DNA from: a virus
Lineage: Duplodnaviria; Caudoviricetes
DNA length: 50,021 bases
Direction: 5' to 3' (one strand)
Virus record (IMG/VR): IMGVR_UViG_3300020202_000016
Span: 1 to 50,021 of that record
Part shown: piece after piece, positions 26,396 to 36,976 of the stretch
Layout of the letters: each line of letters opens with the position of its first letter
Numbering within the stretch: position 1 is the stretch's first letter
Translations under genes and position numbers: made by a program
Notes under the pieces: generated by a model
Seen by the model: the letters and a program-made list of their open reading frames with translations, nothing else
Database searches by the model: none
Told to the model about the DNA's origin: nothing

Positions 26396-27256
26396 CTACC
26401 AACTAATAATAATTACGATACCGTCCCCGCCACGCCCACCGGCTCCGCCCGTGGTTCCAGCACCGCCACCACCGCCGCCGCTTCCTACTCCTCCGGCCCC
26501 ACCAGCGCCCCCAACCACTACCCCGCCGCTACCGCCACCGCTTCCGCCTGTCGCACAAAGCGGCGCGAAAGATGTGTTGCCTAAATTTCCGGCACCACCT
26601 GGGTCGGCTCCGGCGCTAACGTTTTGTAGATAATTGGTTATGCCGGTGACTTGTCCACCCGCAGTAGTGACATCGAGCACACTGACTCCCGCACCGCTTG
26701 CACCACCGCAGGTGATCCCGGTAGCCAGCGCAGCAGAATCGGCACCCACGCCGCTTACTCCACCAGCGGGGCCGTCCGAACCGGCATAGCCAACAAACAG
26801 GCCCATGTTCAAAAATCGAGTTGCTGTAGTTGGCGCGGCAACAATTCCAGACGCCGCGCCACCCGCTGCACCAGTTCCAGTTCCACCCGCATTCCCACCT
26901 GGCCCATAAATCAAACTCGGGGACGACGCAGATGGATAAAACGACACGACGCTATCCACACCAGCAATAGTTGCGAGGCCGCCTGAACCTACAAACACGT
27001 ACAAAATATCGGGCAGCAGATAGGCTGGCACCAACAACGTTCCGATTCCAGCGCCACCCCCACCGCCGCCGCCACCGCCCTGAACCCCTGACGCGCGGGT
27101 AAAGCCATTTCCACCGCCCCCACCGGCTCCAATCGCTTGGATGTACACCATGCTCGCGCCGCGCGGTTTGGCCCAAACCTGAGGAACGGCAGAGGCAGAA
27201 TTAAAAGTTTTAACGTTCGAACTATACGGAGACGGGATATGGCTAAAGTCAAGCAT
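26396..27256 (-). CDS. Glycine-rich tail-associated protein
   Basis: WAKPRGASMVYIQAIGAGGGGG..GGRGGDGIVII. Confidence 0.75.
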   Translation of the reverse strand: MLDFSHIPSPYSSNVKTFNSASAVPQVWAKPRGASMVYIQAIGAGGGGGNGFTRASGVQGGGGGGGGGAGIGTLLVPAYLLPDILYVFVGSGGLATIAGVDSVVSFYPSASSPSLIYGPGGNAGGTGTGAAGGAASGIVAAPTTATRFLNMGLFVGYAGSDGPAGGVSGVGADSAALATGITCGGASGAGVSVLDVTTAGGQVTGITNYLQNVSAGADPGGAGNLGNTSFAPLCATGGSGGGSGGVVVGGAGGAGGVGSGGGGGGAGTTGGAGGRGGDGIVIIISW

Positions 27257-27669
27257 TAATACTTCCCGCCAGAAACCGAAACGTAATAGCCAGCCGCGAC
27301 CGCTGTTCCTAGAGTCACGTTTATTTTGTAACCAGGTGGCAGTGCGAAGTTAAGCGGCAGCTCAACACCGATTAATGCGCTGGTTTCAGACAGCGTTGTC
27401 GCTGGTAATGTCACCTCCGCAAAAAGAATATTGTTTGCCGGTGTAGCATTAGTACTGCCGTTGTTGATAAATATCCGCGCTACGGTCTGGATATTGGTAC
27501 CCGCACCCCTGAAATTAATTCGCCCAACGTAACCACCGTTGCTTGCGTCAGATGTAAACACAGTGGTTACAGTACCTGTCCCGTCCTTTGCTGTGTTAGC
27601 GGCTGATACGACTGCTGCGCCCCACTGAAAGTCGCCAAGCCTGGAATAAATTGGATGTATGTTTGCCAT
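27256..27669 (-). CDS. Structural protein
   Basis: Tail module; coupled ORF. Confidence 0.6.
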   Translation of the reverse strand: MANIHPIYSRLGDFQWGAAVVSAANTAKDGTGTVTTVFTSDASNGGYVGRINFRGAGTNIQTVARIFINNGSTNATPANNILFAEVTLPATTLSETSALIGVELPLNFALPPGYKINVTLGTAVAAGYYVSVSGGKY

Positions 27670-27671
27670 GA

Positions 27672-28019
27672 TTAAGGGAGTGCTAAATTGTTTTTAAGAG
27701 CCAGAATCTGGCCGATGCTTGATATGCTCTTGATCGTTTCGGCTAATAAAGCTGTGCTATCAGGGGCTGTTGCAACGGCTACTGCTAGATCGTCGATTTT
27801 TTTTCTCATCTCCGCGCTTTGAGAAGCCTGATCGCTCGCGAACGAACTCTCGATAGTGCCTTCTGAAATCAATTCGATAACCTGGGTCAGGGTGATCGAC
27901 TCGACCCCGCCTACGCGATTAAGCAATTGCTGAAAATACCTAACCCAGTCTCTTGCAATTTTTCCCGTGCGCTCGTCGAGAAAATCGACGCGCGGCTCAG
28001 GGAGGTTGACCATGCTCAT
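27672..28019 (-). CDS. Tail needle/accessory protein
   Basis: PRVDFLDERTGKIARDWVRYF motif; follows the gp10-like gene. Confidence 0.55.
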   Translation of the reverse strand: MSMVNLPEPRVDFLDERTGKIARDWVRYFQQLLNRVGGVESITLTQVIELISEGTIESSFASDQASQSAEMRKKIDDLAVAVATAPDSTALLAETIKSISSIGQILALKNNLALP

Positions 28020-29461
28020 GAACTTCCGAGCCTTATCTTTGCATGCGCACCAGTGATCGCGCGCTTCACGGGGTCGGTAATCGTTATCCTCAATACCCGA
28101 TCACGCGAGCGCCCCATTCGAGTGATGAATGCGCGATTGCGATACTTGCCAACCCGACCTATCGATATTTGATGTTTGTTCCCAAACACATGGCCGCCAT
28201 CATCCGACCAATCTAACAATATTTGCGGATCGCTTCCTTGTCCGGTTTGCAACCCGACGCCACCTTCGGCTTGAATCGTTAAGCGATCCCAATACATCCA
28301 ATATTCATCTGGGTTTGAAATGTGAGGAGTGGTACGAATAGCGGGCAATGGATCGCCGTTATCGCTGTAATAATCTAGATCGAGCGCATATAAATTACCG
28401 TTTTCAAAATCACCGACAATGTGCTCACCGCCAAAATACATGTGGCAATTCGAACGATGACGGTTGAGCGTTGCGTCGCTCGGATTACGCCACGCGCGCT
28501 CATGCCAAACATTTTGCCCGAGCGCCGCCGATACGCCTGCGTCATAAACCCAAGTTTTATTCGCAGTTGGAAAAGTTAAAACGTAGAACGAATGGCCTTC
28601 GTCTTGATACGAATATGCGATAGCATCATCGATGCGCGAATAATTTTGAATGGCAAACTCAAGAGCTTCAGTCGAAGCGCGGACAGGGGTATAGCCATTG
28701 GCCTTCCACACAAGCCCAGGCCCCTGTTTGTCTTGCCCTACCCACATAATTGAATTGTCAATTTTGCAAACAGAATAAGGCGCAGCACAGCCCACTTCAA
28801 TCGCAGTATCTGTACGAACAAACGGAAAATCACCGCCGCCACTATCAACGAATAACGCAGTTGAAACCGTACTAAATATCCATATCTCTCGATGGTCTAC
28901 AAAATGGGTTACGATGTTTCCAGGCTCACCATCCGAGCTTGCAAAATCAAGCGCATCGAACGTCACAGTTCCAAGACCTGAAATATAAAATTGCTGCGTA
29001 TCTGGTCTTACGAAAATGTAGTAATTGTCTAAGTAGTGAACTTGCTTTGAGCCATAAAATGCAGCATCGACAATCTGCGCAAACGAGTTATCCGATAAGT
29101 TGATGCTATAGCCATTTGGCCCGTCAACAATAACCGCACTAGCACCATTGGTTTCAATTGAAACCGGCCCATTTGTAGATAGCAAGCTGCCAACGAACGT
29201 GGCGGCAAAATTATTGTCCAGCATAAATACGCTGCTACCCTGCACCGCTACAGCGCTAGTGCTAGTGAGCTTAAGCATCCCACGAACGCCACCGATACCC
29301 GTCAAAGTTGACAGTAATCGAGTGCCGGGCGTACCATATAACGCCTTAATGCTTTTACCTTCTCCGCTTTCATCAATGACCGGGTACAGGTTGATGCAGT
29401 TTTGGCAATCTAAGTTTGGCGACCGAACGGTGTAAGCTGCGCCAACAAACGGGATATTCAA
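28016..29461 (-). CDS. P22 gp10-like head stabilisation/tail hub protein
   Basis: CINLYP, GHSFYVLTFP..TWVYD, WHER, WSDDGG and GRSRDRV motifs; TTG start. Confidence 0.85.
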   Translation of the reverse strand: MNIPFVGAAYTVRSPNLDCQNCINLYPVIDESGEGKSIKALYGTPGTRLLSTLTGIGGVRGMLKLTSTSAVAVQGSSVFMLDNNFAATFVGSLLSTNGPVSIETNGASAVIVDGPNGYSINLSDNSFAQIVDAAFYGSKQVHYLDNYYIFVRPDTQQFYISGLGTVTFDALDFASSDGEPGNIVTHFVDHREIWIFSTVSTALFVDSGGGDFPFVRTDTAIEVGCAAPYSVCKIDNSIMWVGQDKQGPGLVWKANGYTPVRASTEALEFAIQNYSRIDDAIAYSYQDEGHSFYVLTFPTANKTWVYDAGVSAALGQNVWHERAWRNPSDATLNRHRSNCHMYFGGEHIVGDFENGNLYALDLDYYSDNGDPLPAIRTTPHISNPDEYWMYWDRLTIQAEGGVGLQTGQGSDPQILLDWSDDGGHVFGNKHQISIGRVGKYRNRAFITRMGRSRDRVLRITITDPVKRAITGAHAKIRLGSS

Positions 29462-29510
29462 TAGTTTTCCTAAAAAACAAAAAAGCCGCTCTTGGCGGCT
29501 TGGAGGAAAG

Positions 29511-29738
29511 ATGAGAAAAACGAACAACTTTTTAACTAATATAGAAACAGGTCAAACGACCACAAAACAAACCTTTGCGTACCTCGGAATAATTTTTGCG
29601 TTTTCATTTTTATTTGTTGCCATGAGCCGCCTCTTAAATATCGAGCCGACATTCGTAAACTTTTTATGGGTCAAGGGTGGGGTTGTACTAACCGCCGCAG
29701 TTCTTTACGGAACTTGGAAAGTAATTACTGGGAAATAG
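29511..29738 (+). CDS. Small two-TM antisense membrane protein
   Basis: GGAGG RBS; two hydrophobic segments. Confidence 0.55.
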   Translation: MRKTNNFLTNIETGQTTTKQTFAYLGIIFAFSFLFVAMSRLLNIEPTFVNFLWVKGGVVLTAAVLYGTWKVITGK

Positions 29739-31701
29739 CGACCGGGGCAGCACGGGAAAGCGCTGGAGCAGTTCTATCCAAAATATTTTTAAGCAAGGCA
29801 TTCCCTTCCGGTGTATTCATAATTCTTATGAACTCTTTTTGATCCAGAAGTGCATTCCCCATTTTTTCCATGATTTGTTTATTCGCACTTCCGTAAGGAA
29901 GTTCGAGCACACGCCCAAGCATATTAACAGCAGGAGAAGAGCCACCTATCTTTTTCCCGAGCGTGTTAAGCAATATGCTGTTGGTACCTAATTTCTGGAC
30001 AGTATCAGAGCCAACAGATTTACCAGCATTCATTGCGAGCTGGGAAGCATTCAAATCGGCAGAAATATTACGAAGTAACGTTAATTGCTCCGGAGAAAGC
30101 TTCTTGGTCAAATCAGGGGTTTCGTTTTTCAAAATATTGTTTAGCTTCGCAGCAGACAACACCGCATTTCCACCCTTATCTACCGTACCAGTTTGAATAC
30201 GCTTTAACAAGTCATCCAACAATTCCATCTGCTCAATTGGCTTGCTCTGCTTCGAATATTCCTGCAAATACTCTTTCCATGTCGGTACAGGGCCTTTATT
30301 ACTTTGCGAAGTGATCGTACCAACACTCGAACCAACAGGCCCAACCTCACGCGATGAACTCTGTTTTACTAAGCGACTCGCCTTATCGATTGCATCATCG
30401 ATCACTTCTTTTGCGTTGATAAGCTGCCCGGAGGCATATCGTAAATTACCTGCTTCACCCTGTAGTTTTCCGCTCAAAGAATCGTTGATATCTTTTCTAA
30501 TCGCATACAAAGCCTTCGCATCGATTGCGCCATTCGAAGAAAAATTAGCAATTCGGTTACGCACTTCGGATAAGGCTTGTTGAGAAATTTTTCCCGCGTT
30601 ATCTGGCTTGCTTAACAATTTATCAATCGATTTAAGCACAGGCTCAGAAGAAACACCTCCGGCACGCGACAGCACATCTTCCCGCATCGATCCGGTAGAT
30701 TCATCGCGCGCCTTTTTGGCTAAATCTAATTTTCCAGTGTTACCGGCATAGTCTTCAATCGCCGAGGTTCTTGCCGCATTTTGAGAGGCTTGCTTTGCAA
30801 CTAAATCGGAATTGTATTTTGGATTTATGGTTTGCATGCTGCGACTTACCCCAGCCAATCCGGTGTCTCCAGAAGCCATCACTGTAGTAGGGGTGGACCC
30901 TGGAATTATTTCAGGAATCTCTCTGGCAAGAGAATTGGGATTATCGGCCAATTCTTGAAAAGATTTTTTCAGAATATTATCTTGCCCGCGATTGAAAAAC
31001 GGCCGAACCAAACTATTACCTAACCTGGCCGTGCCGCCAATTAATGCGCCCCCAAACGGAATCGCACCACCAACAACCGCGCCCGTCCCAGCGCTTTCCG
31101 GATCGACTAAAGCATTGGAAGCAAAGCCGGTTCCGGCGCCGCCTGCGATCCGTGTAAGTAAGTTTTTAAACCCAGGCGTATTGCCCGCTCTAAATCCACC
31201 GGAACCCAAAGCATTTGCAAACGCTACCGCACGTGGCGACTGGGATATAGCCCTAACGCCATTTCCAAGCGCACCGCCTACGCCAGATGTACCAGCAACC
31301 TCAGCACCAGTTTTAAAACCACTGTAAGCCAAACTGTTTTTATCGGCCCCGAGCTGAGCTAAAGCCCTGTCCATGTCTTCACGGCGCTTGTTATTGGACT
31401 CTAACGCGCCCTTACCTCGAAGCAGATCATAAGTTATATCCAGCGGAGCAAGAAGCGTAGCGCCAATGCTACCAGCGCCACGCACAAAACCAGCAACCGA
31501 ATTGGCGATATCTTGTGGTAATTCGCTATTAGATTTTGCATAAGCTGCGCTGACTTTATCATCTAGCGCTTTTTTAGATGCCGCCTTTGTTGAGCCAGAA
31601 CTTTCCGAGTTCAACTTCTGCAAAATAGCCGGGTCTTCGATATATTTTTTGCCGCCGTTTAGCTCAGATAAAAGTGCTGGGTCGGTAATGTAGTCAGCCA
31701 T
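29725..31701 (-). CDS. DNA ejection/internal virion protein
   Basis: Third gene of a P22-like ejection trio; Ala/Gly-rich, helical. Confidence 0.7.
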   Translation of the reverse strand: MADYITDPALLSELNGGKKYIEDPAILQKLNSESSGSTKAASKKALDDKVSAAYAKSNSELPQDIANSVAGFVRGAGSIGATLLAPLDITYDLLRGKGALESNNKRREDMDRALAQLGADKNSLAYSGFKTGAEVAGTSGVGGALGNGVRAISQSPRAVAFANALGSGGFRAGNTPGFKNLLTRIAGGAGTGFASNALVDPESAGTGAVVGGAIPFGGALIGGTARLGNSLVRPFFNRGQDNILKKSFQELADNPNSLAREIPEIIPGSTPTTVMASGDTGLAGVSRSMQTINPKYNSDLVAKQASQNAARTSAIEDYAGNTGKLDLAKKARDESTGSMREDVLSRAGGVSSEPVLKSIDKLLSKPDNAGKISQQALSEVRNRIANFSSNGAIDAKALYAIRKDINDSLSGKLQGEAGNLRYASGQLINAKEVIDDAIDKASRLVKQSSSREVGPVGSSVGTITSQSNKGPVPTWKEYLQEYSKQSKPIEQMELLDDLLKRIQTGTVDKGGNAVLSAAKLNNILKNETPDLTKKLSPEQLTLLRNISADLNASQLAMNAGKSVGSDTVQKLGTNSILLNTLGKKIGGSSPAVNMLGRVLELPYGSANKQIMEKMGNALLDQKEFIRIMNTPEGNALLKNILDRTAPALSRAAPVAISQ

Positions 31702-32963
31702 TATTGAACCTTGTACCAGCCGTTACCATCATTTTCGTATGTAACGCCGCCAATTTGTTTTTGATTAGGCTTGGTCGCAGTTTCATTTTGGGGCGCAGAA
31801 AAAGCCGCTCTCCCCGCATTGTTTTTAAATCCCTGTATTGCCAATTTTCTGTTTGCGGATTTTTGAGCAAGCACGTCTTTACTATCGCCGGGCTGTGGGA
31901 AATATTGTTTCTTCCCGTTATCAAATTCAGTAGCGCCAATCGCAGCCCCAGATTCTTGACGAAGCACGGCATTAAGAAAGTCACGCTGCGCTTGCTCGGC
32001 CTTTTGAGCATCTTTCGAAAGTAACGCATTAGCCCCCGCTTCCAAAGCACCTCCGACAACCCACACATCCCCAGCAGCCTGTTTAGAATTTACCGCCGCA
32101 GGAGAGTATTTACCGTCTAAGTCGCTAATTATTTTATCGGCCTGTTCTGCCCTTGCGCCGTAGGTGGCCGACTTACCTTGAAACTCTGTTGGAGCCTTTT
32201 CTTTCGCGCCCAACGGTATGCCGCTCGCATCAAGCACAGGACGCGCAACCCCCTGGCGATCAACCATCAAGCCACGCTCAGAATCATAATGGCCCTTGCT
32301 ATTCGCATCTCTTGCGCGCGCATCCGTCATATTCTGCCCACGCATCGCGACAGCATTATTCGCCAAGGTATTTGCGTCGGCTTTGAGATAACCCATCTGC
32401 TCTTTCGGAGCCATTACACCGCGTAATTTTGATTCGAAGTACGCACGCCGTCCTTTTTGGTCTGACTCTGGCGGCATCGCTGCAACGCCTTCCATAATAC
32501 TGCCTGGGTCGGCACCCGGAAACTTCATCAAGTCTTGCGCAAAAACCGAAACGGCTTTATCGCTAATAACAGGAAGGGCCAATATGCCAGTCATTTTTTG
32601 CACGCCATAATCGGCTCGCGCCTTGGCTGTTTCGAAGTCTATTTTTCCGGTTTCAGCTTTTGTTTTTCCTAGCGCAACCTCTTCCTTGTCAACATCAGCG
32701 AACTGCTTTTGCAATGCGGGGAGCTTCGACCCCATCCCACCCTGCGCAACCCCGGTGTAAAGTTTGTTGCGATCTATCTTTCCGTCATCATCTAACGACT
32801 CTTGATAGATGCGATTCAATGCATTTGTTTGTTCGCTCTCAAGCATCTTCTCTCTGTTTTGATTGTGAAGTTGCTGAACTTGCAAAGCATTTCCATACAT
32901 CGTCAGCGGATTTTCGACTTGTGCGGGTCGCAGTTGTAAAGCAATACTTGGATCAATAGGCAT
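31701..32963 (-). CDS. DNA ejection protein
   Basis: LRQESGAAIG..QYFPQPGDS motif; synteny. Confidence 0.7.
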   Translation of the reverse strand: MPIDPSIALQLRPAQVENPLTMYGNALQVQQLHNQNREKMLESEQTNALNRIYQESLDDDGKIDRNKLYTGVAQGGMGSKLPALQKQFADVDKEEVALGKTKAETGKIDFETAKARADYGVQKMTGILALPVISDKAVSVFAQDLMKFPGADPGSIMEGVAAMPPESDQKGRRAYFESKLRGVMAPKEQMGYLKADANTLANNAVAMRGQNMTDARARDANSKGHYDSERGLMVDRQGVARPVLDASGIPLGAKEKAPTEFQGKSATYGARAEQADKIISDLDGKYSPAAVNSKQAAGDVWVVGGALEAGANALLSKDAQKAEQAQRDFLNAVLRQESGAAIGATEFDNGKKQYFPQPGDSKDVLAQKSANRKLAIQGFKNNAGRAAFSAPQNETATKPNQKQIGGVTYENDGNGWYKVQ

Positions 32964-32972
32964 CGTTATCTT

Positions 32973-34142
32973 TCAAAAATCAAAGTTGCCAGCGGACTGC
33001 CAACCACCAGGATTCCCGGTATTTGCATAGGATGGGACATATGAAATCAAGGAACTTTGCGGTTGCCTGAAAGAATTCAACAAACTATTGGCCTGATAAC
33101 TATTAACGCCCTGCGCAAGACCACTTCCTAACGCATTCGACGCGCCGATATATCCAGACGCGCGCGCATTCCCCATTCCCGTTTGATTGTCGGCTATTTG
33201 ATTTGCGGTGTTTTGACCTACTCCAGCAAGTAAACTATTTGCGGTTTGGCCTATGCCTGCTATCGTCGCATTTCTATTGAACGAAGTGGTTTGGTCGTTG
33301 TTATATCGGTTGTAAGCGTTACCGTACTCATTCGATGCAGTATCTTGATTGAATCGATCCAACGCTTTTAACATTGCTCCGGAATATAAACCGCCTTTCG
33401 CATTTACAGCCCGACTAATTGCCTTTTCACCCTCAGATTTTCTGAATTCATAACCAGGATCGGCTTGGAAATCGGCCATCGAGAATTTTCGATCCAATGA
33501 TCCATAATCAGCATCGTTAGACGCACCGGAGGGTGAACCCTGAGATCGCGATAATGCATTGGCGTATTCTCGATCAACGGCTTGATTAAGTGCAGACTGA
33601 TTGCTACTGCCCTGCTGATACGGATCAACCCAATCAAGCTGTCCCCACTGTGCCGCCGCTTGTTTGTACTGCTCGGGCGTAAGCGTAAGCCCTGCTGGAT
33701 TAGTTACACTGGAATGTTCGCCCCCGCCTGCACCGGTCGGAATGAAAAAATCACCTGCTATTTTAATATTTCCACCATCTAAAACAGTCGCTCGCGCGCC
33801 CCCGGGAACCAAAAACTCACGCGGCGCTTGGGAGGTATATTGCGATGCGAGCCTGTTATAAATTTGATCGCGCGATTCTGCAGGGGTCGCCGTCCCTCCT
33901 GAGCCACCCAAACCGCCAGGGGCGCCGCCATACCCCATCCGATATCTTAATCTTCTGATTGCCTCATCGCCGATTTGCCGTCTTTCAGCATTATCATCGC
34001 GAGTCTGGTTGTACATCTTGAGTTCGGTTTCGTTCGCCTTCTCCCCAGATGCAACCTGCTCGTTAGCAGCTTTGTCCGCAGTTTGACTGTTGCTATATGC
34101 CGAATAAGCAGCAATACCTGCTCCCACCCATGCTACAGACAT
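32973..34142 (-). CDS. DNA transfer protein (gp7-like)
   Basis: DPGYEFR..SGAMLKAL..GNARASGYIG. Confidence 0.75.
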   Translation of the reverse strand: MSVAWVGAGIAAYSAYSNSQTADKAANEQVASGEKANETELKMYNQTRDDNAERRQIGDEAIRRLRYRMGYGGAPGGLGGSGGTATPAESRDQIYNRLASQYTSQAPREFLVPGGARATVLDGGNIKIAGDFFIPTGAGGGEHSSVTNPAGLTLTPEQYKQAAAQWGQLDWVDPYQQGSSNQSALNQAVDREYANALSRSQGSPSGASNDADYGSLDRKFSMADFQADPGYEFRKSEGEKAISRAVNAKGGLYSGAMLKALDRFNQDTASNEYGNAYNRYNNDQTTSFNRNATIAGIGQTANSLLAGVGQNTANQIADNQTGMGNARASGYIGASNALGSGLAQGVNSYQANSLLNSFRQPQSSLISYVPSYANTGNPGGWQSAGNFDF

Positions 34143-34642
34143 AACACCTCCGGCTTAAGTTCTATTTGGATATTCATTGCTTCATAATTCTCACAAGACA
34201 AAGTTTCTTCAAGCTTTTCTACATCGGTTTCGTTCGTTAGAAACACGTTGATGAAAATCGTATCTTCATGCGCAAAGCCAACCTTCTGAATACCGGCCGG
34301 AGAAACCACCGTATATCCAGCAGTCAAGCGCGCCGATCCGGTTTCGGTAAGTACAGAAATATCGCCCTTTGCGACGATGTTCATGCACTCTTGTTTGTGG
34401 ATTTTGCCCACCAAAATAGTGCCTTTTGGGATGTACAATTTGCGCAGGTACATCCCACCAGCAAATACATGCTCACACTGCATTTCGGTACGATCTTCGG
34501 GCGCCATTTTTAGCAAATCATCTTTAAGCTGCAATATTTTTGCGCGGATAATCAGCGGGTCTTCCCCTGTATAGTTAAGCGATACACTGCCTGTTTTTTC
34601 ATCAAAAACAACCAACGAATCTTTCTGAACTGTAATGTTCAC
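34133..34642 (-). CDS. Cupin-like protein in the virion module
   Basis: HVFAGGMYLRKLYIPKGTILVGKIHK. Confidence 0.7.
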   Translation of the reverse strand: MNITVQKDSLVVFDEKTGSVSLNYTGEDPLIIRAKILQLKDDLLKMAPEDRTEMQCEHVFAGGMYLRKLYIPKGTILVGKIHKQECMNIVAKGDISVLTETGSARLTAGYTVVSPAGIQKVGFAHEDTIFINVFLTNETDVEKLEETLSCENYEAMNIQIELKPEVLCL

Positions 34643-35340
34643 GGTAAAAATCCATTAAAAATATTTCCCGCCGCGTTTTGACCAGAAACAAATTCGCTCC
34701 GCATCACCGGAATATTTGAGTTAAGTGTTTTGATTCGCTCTACCGCAGATTCAGCCAAACTGATCTGCATTTGATTCGCCTCACCCAGGCCCTCAGCGCC
34801 CATACGCACCATCAGCGCATATAGAATCGCTTCTTCATATCCAGGCGCTAACGTAACGCTCGTTGTTGTGTCAGAAAATTGCGCGAGCTGTTTTGGCGAC
34901 TGAATAAACAATGTCATGTTCGCTTGTGGCAGCGGCCAAATATTGATCGTTCCACTCGGCAATGTTGGGTTGTAATTCAGATAGCACGGGTAGCCCGCAT
35001 AAAACGATTTTTGCGCGATGTTAGCAAAACCACTATCGTTGATAATTTCTATCCCATAATCGATACCCGACACACGCAAGAACGATTTAGTAATTTGAGT
35101 TGGTCTTGTGGTATTGAATGTCGCGCCAGAGCCAATAAGATAGGTTCCCAAATTCGCGGTAAGCGCAAACGATTCTTGGAACATTTGAAACACATACAAC
35201 CTGTCCGTACTCCACGAATCGAGCAAACGATTCAACGAGCCTAACGCAGACTGCATATCAGATGCCGCTATAGATTCGCCGGGCGAGATATTCCCCACCC
35301 CTTGAAGTGCAGTGGTAATCATGGCCGCAGCAGTTGGCAT
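34639..35340 (-). CDS. P22 gp4-like head-to-tail adaptor
   Basis: ALGSLNRLLDSWS..PGYEEAILYAL; synteny. Confidence 0.75.
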   Translation of the reverse strand: MPTAAAMITTALQGVGNISPGESIAASDMQSALGSLNRLLDSWSTDRLYVFQMFQESFALTANLGTYLIGSGATFNTTRPTQITKSFLRVSGIDYGIEIINDSGFANIAQKSFYAGYPCYLNYNPTLPSGTINIWPLPQANMTLFIQSPKQLAQFSDTTTSVTLAPGYEEAILYALMVRMGAEGLGEANQMQISLAESAVERIKTLNSNIPVMRSEFVSGQNAAGNIFNGFLP

Positions 35341-35594
35341 TATTTAACTTTCGCAGGCCGACCGCGTTTAGGTTTTTCTACCAGAGTCTCATCCGGTGAA
35401 CCTTCATCGGACACGGACTCTTCTTCAGCGGAATTCGCTTCATCTGCTTCAACGGCTTCAGGTAGCTCAACCCGAGCTTCATCCGAAACAAGCGCAGGAC
35501 TATCGAACCACGTGCCCCCTAACGCATCTTCTTCTTGCCGATTCTTTAGTAAAACCGCGCCACTTTCGCTATACAACCATCTTGGATATGTCAT
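35340..35594 (-). CDS. Small acidic protein with C-terminal KRGRP
   Basis: YPRWLY..EEDAL..W; position after the coat gene. Confidence 0.65.
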   Translation of the reverse strand: MTYPRWLYSESGAVLLKNRQEEDALGGTWFDSPALVSDEARVELPEAVEADEANSAEEESVSDEGSPDETLVEKPKRGRPAKVK

Positions 35595-35686
35595 AAGACC
35601 TCAAAAAAAATCCCCGCTGGGCGAACCATGCGGGGAGATTTAGACGAAAAAAAAGACGCTCGCGCGCCCATCGTCAATTACAAATA

Positions 35687-36937
35687 TTACCCCTGAACAA
35701 TGACCGCATTTTCTGGTCTTTGCGCAGTAAAGCCAGCCAAGATATCGAAGCGGCAAATACGACGGTTATTGAGAACGTCATAATCGCGAATGAAGCGAAG
35801 AGCAATACCATCGCTTGCAGCGCGAGAGGCCATATCCACACCATTTGGTATTTCCATATCCACAGTTGCCAGAGTAAAGGCTGATTTGTGGTATGCAACG
35901 TTTTGCGGATTCGCAGTCGAAGCAGTTCCAAGCAAGGTGATCGCCGCATTGTCAGCAGGCAACGCAGTTACGTTTTGGTATGCACCACCCGCGATAATTG
36001 CAGGAGAAATCACAGCAGTTAAATTACCCGAACCATCCGAAGCAGCAACAGCGGTGACAACAAACTGACGTAGATAACCTAAGTCCTGCTTGTTATCCGG
36101 GTTGACGGCATTTACACCGGCGATCGTGAAGCGATCACCAATTGCTAACCGATTCGCTACCGCAGCAGTCCAACCATCGGTAATCAATGAAGTAGTTGCC
36201 GCGTAAGGGTTATCAGTTGCGCCGACATTCGTTGTGCCTTGATTCGAACCATTAACCAATGGCGTACCACCCCAAACACCGTTGGTGTGCGTGACTATAT
36301 TTTGCGAACGGATAAAATCGAAACCAAATGCCGAGCCCATCATGCCGGTTCGATATTGTTTAGAAATCGAATCGTTAGGATTAAACATGGTGGACATCGA
36401 AGCAACCGACTTAGCATTCGACTGTGGGTTCAGCAACATATAACGCTCATCTGGCGGCGCTGCATTGTCATCCAAAACCGCGCCAGCATTCGTCATTAAT
36501 GTAGCAATACCTGCTTGCGTGGTTGGGAATGAATTGGGCGTTCCGGTAGAGTTACCGACCGAGTTAACCAAAGCCGCAACACGCATGTCCAATTCAGTTG
36601 CCAACCGTTTAGCAGCGGGCTCTAAATAACGCGACGCAAATTTGTCGATAGACAAAGTTAAATCAACATCACTAAACGACCAGTCGATACCGAAAGGTAG
36701 ACCGATTGTTAATGGAGTAGTGGTTTCATTGATGTCCTGTAGAGACGCAGTGTTACCGCTCCGAATCGTGTATTGAACCGGGCGACGAATGGTAATCGTC
36801 GAACCGACCTTAGCGCCAGTTTTAGCGAATGTATCGTCATATTGACGGTCAATGGTGCCAGCTAAACCTAACTTGTTATGCAGAATCGCCAACGTAGTGT
36901 TGGTGATGATGCTACTGGTAATAATGTTATTGCTCAT
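35687..36937 (-). CDS. Major capsid protein (P22 coat family)
   Basis: RQYDDTF..AKVGSTITIRRP; GDRFTIAGV; CRFDILAG. Confidence 0.92.
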   Translation of the reverse strand: MSNNIITSSIITNTTLAILHNKLGLAGTIDRQYDDTFAKTGAKVGSTITIRRPVQYTIRSGNTASLQDINETTTPLTIGLPFGIDWSFSDVDLTLSIDKFASRYLEPAAKRLATELDMRVAALVNSVGNSTGTPNSFPTTQAGIATLMTNAGAVLDDNAAPPDERYMLLNPQSNAKSVASMSTMFNPNDSISKQYRTGMMGSAFGFDFIRSQNIVTHTNGVWGGTPLVNGSNQGTTNVGATDNPYAATTSLITDGWTAAVANRLAIGDRFTIAGVNAVNPDNKQDLGYLRQFVVTAVAASDGSGNLTAVISPAIIAGGAYQNVTALPADNAAITLLGTASTANPQNVAYHKSAFTLATVDMEIPNGVDMASRAASDGIALRFIRDYDVLNNRRICRFDILAGFTAQRPENAVIVQG

Positions 36938-36976
36938 TTTTGCTTCCTATAGGCGAAAAAAAAACCCCTTGCGGGG

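Noticed and set aside
24461-27256. Diversity-generating retroelement or invertible tail-fibre cassette
   Set aside because: No reverse transcriptase or invertase in the ORF track, and no TR/VR pair noticed
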